This document shows, piece by piece, positions 40,305 to 49,145 of a DNA stretch of 49,145 nt. The translations under genes and the position numbers were made by a program. The stretch is from Chromera velia (taxonomy: Eukaryota), in the NCBI GenBank assembly GCA_018398765.1, contig JAHBMJ010000370.1, positions 1 to 49,145 of the forward strand, written 5' to 3'. Below the pieces are notes generated by a model. The model did not search any database. It had not been told where the DNA came from and saw nothing but the letters and a program-made list of their open reading frames with translations. Numbering within the stretch: the stretch's first letter is position 1; the number at the start of each line of letters is the position of its first letter.

Positions 40305-41644
40305 TAGACAGACAGACAGACAGACAGACACACACACACACACAGACACACACACACACACACCGACGCTGCTCTTGCGTATTCTATGCAGATTTCTCTG
40401 CATGGCCCCTTCACAATCCTTTCTGGAAGTCCAGTGTGGCTTGTCCCCGTCACTATTTGAAAACAAAAGCTCTTCCTTGATGCATACAGACAGACATCTC
40501 CATCCGGCACCAGAAGCGACTTAAGTGTGTGCCCTACTGATCTTTCAGTGACCCATGACACAATTCGAATTGACGGACTGACTCGGCAAGCTCCCTCTTT
40601 AGGACGACTTTATCCTCCTCGCACCCTTCAACCCTGGCCTCAGCGTACTCCTTCTGCAAAATTCGTTTGTTGGTTGATTGGTTGAAAGAATGAAACGCAA
40701 AAACAATCTGTTCAATGCTGTGCGACGGAATGGTACCGAAAATGCCTCCATCAGAGTAGTTTGTTTCGATCCTCGTTGCAGCATATTCTTTTTACGACGT
40801 GAACCCAGAAATATCAAAAGAATGAAGACACTAGACTGTGCGAAAAGCCATCTCTGGGATTGGTTCCAGCCCATCAGCTCTGTCCTCTCCTTCCTTCCAG
40901 AGGGGCAACGAATGAATGCATGAATGAATGGATGAATGAATGGATCTTGTCAAAAGAACGGTTTCACCTCGAGAGGGCAAGACAGACCGACAGACTCCCA
41001 GTCAGAAACCAACAAAAACAAAGCATGGTCTTCTTGTCACGTGCATGCCGAAGATATCCGAGTGAACATGGAAGAGAGAAAGTAGGAGGGGGAGAACTGA
41101 AAGGGATGGGAAGGATTGGAAGCAAAAAAGGTGCAGAGAGACGGGAAAAGAGGGACGGAGAGGGAGGGAAATGCAGAACGATGGATAAATTCTCATCAGA
41201 GAAAGAGAGAAAGAAATCAAGGTGGGCGAAAAAAAAAGCACTCACCTCCGTCCTGAGGTTCTTCATTTGATCGTTCACCTTCATCATTTGCTCTTCCAGG
41301 ACCCCAATCTGCACCTGTCGCCTCCTCAGGTCCTCCTCTGCAACCAGTTGTCTCTTCACCGCCGCTGCCTTTCCTCTCTCTGCCTCTCTTGCCGCTGCAT
41401 CTGCAGCCTGTCTCACCTCTACCTCCCCTGCAATGGTAGACTGGATGGACGACACTTGCGCCTCCAGTTGAGTGATGCGCTTCCCTCTGCTCAGGAGCTC
41501 GGTCTCATGACGCTTCAGCTCCAGCTGAGAGAGACGTACGGTATCCATCAGGGAGTAGGCCTGCATCATGCGGAAGTTCATGTATGCATGTGCACACAGA
41601 GGGAGGGTCGATGATGAACAAGATTGCTTGTGTGAAGACACGGA

Positions 41645-41675
<31 letters not shown>

Positions 41676-43528
41676 CTTTTCGACCAACAAACAAAGAAAG
41701 AGGCAGAAGGAACAGAGGAAGGGAGGGCAGTTATATATTCGCAGAAATGTGCGTTTGCGTCTCGAACGCGACCCATGATGCCGTCAGCAAAGACCATTTA
41801 CTTACTGAATCAGTGCCTCTCGCATCTAGCTGACCTTATCGGACATTTCTCTAAACTTTTCTGCGTTCTGTCTAGTCTCCTCCTGCAGAGATCCCGTGAC
41901 GTTCTCTGCAGCCAGGAGCGCCTGCTTCAGCGTCTCGCACTGTTTCTCCCCCTGTTCCGCCCTCCTCTTTAACATGAGGATGTCTGAGTCCCTCGAAGAA
42001 GACGACAGCGCCTCCCCCTGCAGCTTTGCCTCGAGTTCCTCTCTATGGCCCTCCAGACGGTGGATCTGCTGCTGCTGTCTGTTGGCTTCTTCTTGTTGCC
42101 GTCTCAGTTGGGACTCGAGACTTTGTTGTCTGGCCAGAAGCTCTGCGTTTTTCTTTTTCGAAACCTGGAGAGCCTGGTCCATCGCTGCAATCACAGAGAC
42201 ATGCAGCATATGAATTTGCTTTCATACAGAATTGGTCCATACAGAATTTCAAGCAAATGCAAGGTCCATCGCTGCAATCACAGAGACATGCAGCATATGA
42301 ATTTGCTTTCATACAGAATTGGTCCATACAGAATTTCAAGCAAATGCAAGGTCCATCGCTGCAATCACAGAGACATGCAGCATATGAATTTGCTTTCATA
42401 CAGAATTGGTCCATACAGAATTTCAAGCAAATGCAAGGTCCATCGCTGCAATCACAGAGACATGCAGCATTTGAAAAACATTTTCCAAGGAATACCGGCA
42501 GTGCATTTGTCCCCAATGTAAACGGAGGTTGAATGCATTCTTTCAGAAAAGCAGGCGGACAAATGCATCTTGTCGGAGGAACGTACCAAAACGGTCACCA
42601 AGCTCAGAAGAGGCGGCTTGCCTCTCTCTACACACTGGATAAATTTCCCTTCCAGTCCTTCTCCATTTACGTTTGCAAGTCCCTTCCAATTCGATGGAGG
42701 TGCACAGGTACAGAATGAGGCCTTCGTCTGTTTACTGACCTTCTATATCGACCTGTGCCTGTGCCTCCAGGTTGGCCACTGTTGTCCTCAGACTGTCTAC
42801 TTCTGTCGCACTCTTCTTCCCGCTCTCCTTCTCCTGCAACAGCTCCTGCCGTCTGCACAGAGGGAGGCGGGGTGAAGCAAGAGATTACTAGGATGGGCAT
42901 TTTTGTACTCCCTCATCACTTCGTTGCATCCTTCGAAGAACAAAGACCTTCTTCATTCCCTCGCACACACTTGTAGGAGGCGTTACCGAGGAAAAACTGA
43001 AAAAGTGTGAGAAGAGCAGAAAAATGAAGTGAGGTCTTTTTCCCATCCCACAGTGATTATGCTGCTGTATAGTCTTCTCATCAGGCCACAATTCTTTATT
43101 AGGACAGTCTCGTCCGACTCTCACGACTTACAGTGACAGTGCAGCAGCCTCTTCTCTTTGCCTCATGATTTCTGCCTCCCGTCTCTCCTTCTCCAAATTT
43201 GCCCCTGCCTCTGCAGCCAGTTTTCCCTGTTCTGCAGTCCTCTTGTGTCTCGATTCCTCCTCCTCTAGGAGACGAAGCAGCTGTCTGTTCTGCTCAGATA
43301 GCATGCGAATGTGGTCCTCCTTCGCAGCGAAGTCAGACATGGTCTGCTTCGTTGACTTCTCCAGGTGCTGCAGAAAGGGAGAGACAGGAGGTTTCTCTCA
43401 ACGCAAGTCTTCTCTTTGCCTCCTTTCTCTTTTCCCCTTTTCTCTTTATGTCTTTTTCTTTCGTCTTCCCTTCTTTACCTTTTCCTCTCTCCTTGTCCCA
43501 TCTTCATTTGATTGACTGAATTGATGCG

Positions 43529-43569
<41 letters not shown>

Positions 43570-44145
43570 CCATTCAAATGACTCAATTCGAAACCAGGAG
43601 AGCGAAACGAAAGCATCTGTGTACAAGGAGCATCAAAGCGATTTTTCTTCTACAAGAAGGCCTATACATCGGCTTGTTTTCAGTTGTTTTTGTGAACCAA
43701 GAAACTCAGACACAGACGACCATTGGCCTCCTTGTGACTCCGCAAAGGACGACAGAGTCTCTCTTCGCATTCCCGTGCGATTCCATTGAATCAAGTTCTT
43801 TCTGTGTATCTTTCCATTTTCACACACCCGTGCACGGTCTTGGGCCTCCTCTGCTTCTGCCTGTCGGTCCTCTAGGGCTCGTTTGAGATCGTCTGTGATT
43901 CCGACAGCGTCGTCCCTCTCACGCTCAGCCTCCTCGAGTGCTCGAAGGACCTGCAGCGATACTCTTGCGTCAAAAACTGATTTTCTTTTTGTCCAAGGAT
44001 AATGATCTCATTCAAAGACTGAAAGAAAGATGGAGAGGCCAGACAATTCTTTTCTTCTCCTTTCTTCTTCTTTTGCGGTAGACACACCACACGTTTCTTT
44101 CTTTTTCACTCGGGCCTTCTCTTCGTACAGACGGACGGATGGACG

Positions 44146-44177
<32 letters not shown>

Positions 44178-44500
44178 GACGGACGGATGGACGGACAAAG
44201 ATAAGAAAAAGGGAAACTGACCTGTTGATTCTGCCGTTGCAAGAAGAGAATCTCGGACTCTCTAAAATTTTCGGTTTCCGTTGAATTTCGGAATCCCTTC
44301 CTCTCCCTGGTGGTCGATTCCGCCCCCCCCGTCTGTACACTCGGCGTGCGGGTGTATCGACTAGCGTTGTCAACTACATCGCTGCCGTTCGGTGGCTGCA
44401 TGGGACGCGTACGACCAAACCCAAAAGCCTGAGTTAGAGAGTTTGGCACGCCCTCTCCCTCAGCCCCTGAGAAGGCGCTCCCGTCCGCCTGAAAAGACAT
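35407..44500 (-). CDS. Long coiled-coil protein with C-terminal leucine-rich repeats and a disordered tail, about 17 exons
   Basis: In-phase exons run from ATG 44500 (MSFQADG...) through VLRALEEAERERDD, HIRMLSEQNRQLL, MDQALQVSKKKN, YIRREDLLDENGRMRPLVIE and NPVPMMVEKIAQLL. They continue through LRR-like SIDLRNNGLTDED and LKSLKVSQNHLT to TGA at 35407-35409. Confidence 0.8.
38981..39099. repeat. 47-bp direct duplication of exon end plus splice donor, separated by TTTCATACAG-A15
   Basis: Identical copies at 38981-39027 and 39053-39099; filler at 39028-39052. Confidence 0.95.
42176..42470. repeat. 87-bp tandem repeat (3.4 copies) containing a splice acceptor
   Basis: Units start at 42176, 42263, 42350 and 42437 (partial) and are identical. 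Confidence 0.95.
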
Positions 44501-45605
44501 CTTCACAGCTTCTCAGAAGTCTCTTCCACAGCAGACAGAGGTCCTTTCTTTATACTTGGCTGCTGTCACGTTCTCTTGCTGGCGGTATGAACGAACTTGA
44601 TTGGAGACGATCAAACGATCGTGTCTATTTGAATCATGTCTTATATATGATTTGGTGTTCGTCCTGAAGCGCAAAAGAAGAAGTCACTGGAAAAGACCGA
44701 ACGTCATCTTTAAGACTTCTCGGGTCAAGTCAATTCAAGCGCATGTGGTCTTTCACTGCTGTATAGGCCTCACACAAAGCGTGCCAGCAATACATAGGCA
44801 TGTGTTGATATAAGCACATGCATTTGCATTTTTGTATCTGTTGCCCCCGGTCAGATCCTACAGGAAGCGTGGCAGGAGTAATGGGAGAAGCACCAGAAAG
44901 AGAGATGGCAACTTGCACGATCCCCAATGATCCTGTGGGATGCTCCGATCCGCCGTGTTTCCTGCAATTAAGAGCTAGACCGACAGACAAAAATCGACTG
45001 TCACAGTGTCACTCTGTATGAAGCATGCAATTGATAATTTTGAAAAAAAAAAGATTCAGCATATAATTCAGCCTAGATGATCTGATGCCGCATGATGGCA
45101 GCTCAGAAACGCTGCGCGGGCCCTAGCTTGGTTAAGTTGGTTTCATGGAATTTTGCGCATAAATCTTTCATATATATATATATATATATATGCGCACGAC
45201 GAGCCCATGGGTGCGAAAGTTAATTCTTTGAGGCACTCATCGGAGGAAGGTGTGTCACGCAACACGTACTGAGCTTCGTCCCTCTATATTTCAGACTGCA
45301 TGCATGTCAGACTGCATGCATGATCGACTCGATCAGCATGCAGCTAGGACATGCAGGCGAGCGATATCGATCATGCAGCTCAATGCGTCATGCATGTCCC
45401 GGCCTGTGCACCTCCAATTGAACATCGATTGGCGACCTGTCCTCACATGCAGGCCTGCATGGATGACACCCTTGGACTCTCAAGGACGAAGGAAGCCAGG
45501 TGCATACATGATCGGGTGAGGCAAATGCATGTCCGTCTACCTTCTCAGCATATTTCGCTGCATGCATTCTCAGAAATGATTGACTGACCCACTGTATCGC
45601 CTCCA

Positions 45606-46518
45606 ATGATACCACACGGCAAGATGTCTATCTCTCTGTCTGTTGTGCTGTTTCTATCGGCCCTCTGGGGTCGGATCGAGGGCACAGCTCGGGTTGCCAG
45701 CAGACACCAGCACTTCTTGCAGGAAGGGGAGAAGCGAGAGGGTCATCGGCAGACGCAAGGGCAACGATTCAGTCTGACACGATCGGATTGTGACTCCTTC
45801 TACACTCACTACTATTGTGAAGAGAACAGTTGGCATCTGGCGAAGTCTTTTCTTGAAAGGACAAAGGCACAAGGAGGCACAGCAGGTTCTCTAGACAGAG
45901 AACCTGAACAGGGTTTTGTAGCATTTATTTCAAACCCCCAAAAGGAAACGCCTATTTGGGCAGAGAGAGGTGCCGGTAAGGACTCTCCAGTTCTCTGGGA
46001 CTATCACGTCATTTTCCTGACCAAATCAGAGCACACACCCTCAGAAGAAGAGCGGAAAGGTGCAACAGAAGTCTCAAAAGTCTCCAACGTGTTTGACCTG
46101 GACTCGACGACTCCTTTCCCCTCTTCCTTCAGTCAATGGTACGAAGAGTCCTGTGGAAGTCATCGGAAGGAAATTTCCGCAGGCCGATACCCTCCTAGAG
46201 ACTTCAGGGTTGTGTCTGCGGAAAGTTTTGTGAACTGTTTCGCATCCCCTGATCCAGCCGTCACAAGATTGTGACCCAAATGCATCACAAAGGAAGGTGC
46301 AAGCACATTCGAAGACACCGATGATGAATTTGCCCCAATACTGGACCATGACGACGCCGAGGTCAGAGGTGGTGGGCACGGACAGAGACGTGTCTCCGGA
46401 GGGAGGTCTGGCGAAGAGGAATGGCAAAATGAAAACGCCACCTGTCAGTGAGGGGGGAGTGGACTCTCCATTCGGGAAAGTGATGAGCGAGGACGAATTT
46501 GTTTCGTTCTTTTCTTAA
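45606..46518 (+). CDS. NTAQ1: Protein N-terminal glutamine amidohydrolase (NTAQ1/WDYHV1), frameshifted near the 3' end (possible pseudogene or assembly error)
   Basis: Motifs YTHYYCEEN, FISN, PIW, WDYHVI, DLDSTTPFP and FRVV...FAS lie in 45606-46246. The family-like C-terminus (PLIQP...MNLPQYWTM...FGKVMSEDEFVSFFS) is in the +1 frame, ending at 46518. Confidence 0.88.
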
Positions 46519-46949
46519 TTAAGTGTTGAAATCACTTCAGGACGCACATGCAGCTGGAGGCTGTGTGACCATGTATGAATTAATTTTTGTGAAGGGATAT
46601 AGATCTATCATCCCTGATTATTATTAAACTCCGACCAACTCCGACGTTAACATCATTATTAAGTGTGACCAGGTTTTTTTTTAATTATAATACATTCATT
46701 ATTTTTTTGTTTATTTTTTTCTAATTTAACAACACTTGGACTAGCACTTGGATTGACTGATTTAAATTATTTTATTTACTGTACAGTTATATGTATGTAT
46801 ATACAGGGTTGTTAATCACCGACAACTGTAAGTATACCAAAAAAACGGAACCGACCCCCAATTTTATTTTTTTTTTATGCTTTCGGTGATTTTTCAGTGC
46901 TTTTGTCACCGATAAAAAATTCATAAGATAAGGTCCTAGACTGTTACCT

Positions 46950-48573
46950 CTATAAAATTGGAGGTGTTTCGGTGTTCTGGATTCTCCAAAAAGTGGTTTG
47001 GAGCTCAAAAAAAGTTTTTTTGGAGGTACATTGGTATGAAAAAACTAAAAGTCCTAGGAAGGCCCTAGTTAGCGCTCCTAACATAAAAAATAATGGAAAA
47101 CACATTCATAGTACTTACATAATCTAAAACTTTATAGTTGGGTCACAAAAATGTTTTTGGAGATTGGGGACCTCCAATTGTTTTTGAAAGAATTTCTCTA
47201 TAACCTATACGATTTTTTTGGAGAATTCTTCAAAAAAAATTAGAGGGTATTATGCAATCTCCAAAAACATTTTGGTGACCGAACTGTAAAGTTTTAGATC
47301 ATATAAATGCCAGAAACGTGTTTTCAATTATTTTTTACATTAGGAGCGCTAATTAGGACCTCCTTACGACTTTTAGTTTTTTCATAGCAAGGCACCTCCA
47401 AAAAAGTTTTTTGGAGATTTTTGATCTCCAAAACCTATACCATTTTTTTGGATTTTTTCAAAAACAATTGGAGGTCCCCAATCTCCAAAAACATTTTGGT
47501 GATCCAACTATAAAGTTTTAGATTATGTAAGTACTACAAATGTGTTCTCTATCATTTTTTATATTAGGAGCGCTAACTAGGGCCTTCCTAGGACTTTTAG
47601 TTTTTTCATACCAATGTACCTCCAAAACTTTTTTTTATACTGGAACTATAGTGTGTCACATGGAAAATTTCTAGAACCTTTTGTATCACAATGATTGGTG
47701 ACACAATAATTATAATTTTAAGAAGTTTTGACTAATTCAATTAAATCACACTTATGTGCAAAAAAAATAGTTGGAGATTGCGTGTTTATGATGTTTAGCA
47801 CAGCTTAACCCGCATCGTGGGGTACGTTGTTCATGAGTGAGTAGGTAAGTGAGGAAGTGAAGTAAGTCAGTAAGTGAGTGAGTGAGTGAGTGAGTGAGTG
47901 AGATAAGTAGGTTAGTGAGTGAGTGAGTGAGTGAGCGAGTGAGTGAATGCATGAGTGCATGAATGAGTGAGTGAGTGAGTGAGTGAGTGAGTAAGATGAG
48001 TGAATAAGTGAGTGAGTGAGTGAGTGTGACTGAGTGAGTGAGTGACTGAGTGTCACAGTGTGACTGAGTGAGTGACTGAGTATGTGAGTATGTGAGTGAG
48101 TAAGTGAGTGAGTGAGTGAGTGAGTGAGTCAGTGAATGAGTGAGTGAATGAGTAAGTGAGTGAGTGAGTGAGTAAGCGAGTTAATGAGTTAGTGAGTGAG
48201 TGAGTGAATGCATGAGTGAGTGAATGAATAAGGTGAGTGCCGATGAGTGCCAAGGTGAGTGAATGTAGAAGAACACTACGGCAGTCTAAACTTCAACGAC
48301 TCTAAAGACTTTAAATCACTTTGAAAGTCTAGGATCACTTGAATTCAATCAAGTTTTTATCTAATAATTTCATCACATGCAAGTTATTCTAACTATTTCA
48401 TCATACCTATTGTGACACAATTATTTGTATCACTGATACTAGTATATAGGGTATTATATCATAATTTGAATTGTGTCACACTATAGTTTCAGTGTAATTT
48501 TTTTTTGAGCTCCAAACCACTTTTTGGAGAATCCAAAATACCTAACAACACCAAAACACCTCCAATTTTATAG
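46950..48573. mobile_element. AT-rich foldback-type element with nested long inverted repeats (non-autonomous DNA transposon-like)
   Basis: Outer IR ~46950-47013 vs ~48500-48573. Inner ~170-bp IR ~47015-47188 vs ~47457-47628, with an extra diverged copy at ~47255-47405. Short IR ~47637-47660 vs ~48472-48496. No ORF. Confidence 0.65.
47835..48262. repeat. (GAGT)n microsatellite
   Basis: Directly visible. Confidence 0.95.
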
Positions 48574-48740
48574 GGACTTCTAGGTGAGCATAATGTGGAA
48601 AAGTGGCTGTTCTATTGTCAAAACTCTAGAAAGGCAGCCATGGCGGGCCCGGCGGCAACATACCAAACTACATACCAAAGTACATACCAAAATTCCTAGC
48701 AAAATTCTTAAAATCATTAGTGATGATTGATGATGATTGA

Positions 48741-49145
48741 GGGTTAAATCCTAGACCCAGTGATGTTAGATCCCAAGCTAGAGAAATGATGATGCCCCCA
48801 CCAATCCCTCCATCTCGCCCTTATTTTTGCATAGAAGAAATAAGGAAAGTCCTCCGGTCTACAAAGGAAGAAAAGGCTGCAGGGTTGTCCGGACTCGCCC
48901 CCAACCACCTCTCCCTCTGCTTTCAATATTCGCCTCTTTCTCGTGCTTTGTTATTTATCCATTTGAACTTAATTCACTTGACATCCGCTTGGCGAGATGA
49001 ATGGAATGTAATTAAAATCTGTCCGGTTCCAAAGGGGCCTCCTTCCCCCGACCCTGGTGAATGGCGTCCGATTCATGTTGTCTCACTCTTACCAAAACTC
49101 TTTTCTTCACTCCTCTCTGCCCGTCTTACATCGCAAGTGAAGATT
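48741..49145 (+). mobile_element. Non-LTR retrotransposon (LINE) reverse transcriptase, 5'-truncated, runs off the window
   Basis: An open frame absent from the ORF track because it has no stop before the window end: FCIEEIRKVLRSTKEEKAAGLSGL...WRDEWNVIKICPVPKG...DPGEWRPIHVVSLLPKLFSSLLSARL. This matches the KA-x-G-x-x-G, W-x4-I-x-P-x-PK and RPI-x3-S-x3-K signatures preceding the LINE RT core. Confidence 0.85.

Noticed and set aside
42176..42470. CRISPR-like array
   Set aside because: The units are fully identical with no unique spacers, the context is a eukaryotic intron, and there are no cas genes.
48738..48756. Telomeric repeat seed (AGGGTT)
   Set aside because: A single imperfect unit; it is part of the RT reading frame.

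Overview
Intron-rich eukaryotic nuclear DNA with microsatellite-filled introns ((CA)n, (GA)n, (CAGA)n), GC-rich exons and abundant TGCATG. The style fits a chromerid/apicomplexan-related alveolate such as Chromera; this is inference, not a database match. Hand-built gene models give: a bacterial-type CapA/PGA_cap metallophosphatase (+), a COPI-associated (Tvp15-like) membrane protein (-), an ankyrin-repeat pseudogene with three in-frame stops (+), a 10-exon divergent kinesin (-) head-to-head with a 10-exon Ala-rich, probably plastid-targeted membrane protein (+), and a 17-exon coiled-coil/LRR protein (-) head-to-head with an NTAQ1 (WDYHV1) gene carrying an internal deletion and frameshift (+). 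The window ends in a foldback-type inverted-repeat element and a 5'-truncated non-LTR retrotransposon RT. The most notable unexplained signal is three independent short duplications of splice junctions that each carry the same filler sequence (AATTCTGTATGAAAGYAAATTCAT, with or without a poly-A/T tract) between the copies. Other signals are a very high frequency of GTC splice donors and a C-to-T/TpA-rich decay pattern reminiscent of RIP. All exon coordinates were read by hand and may be off by a few bases.
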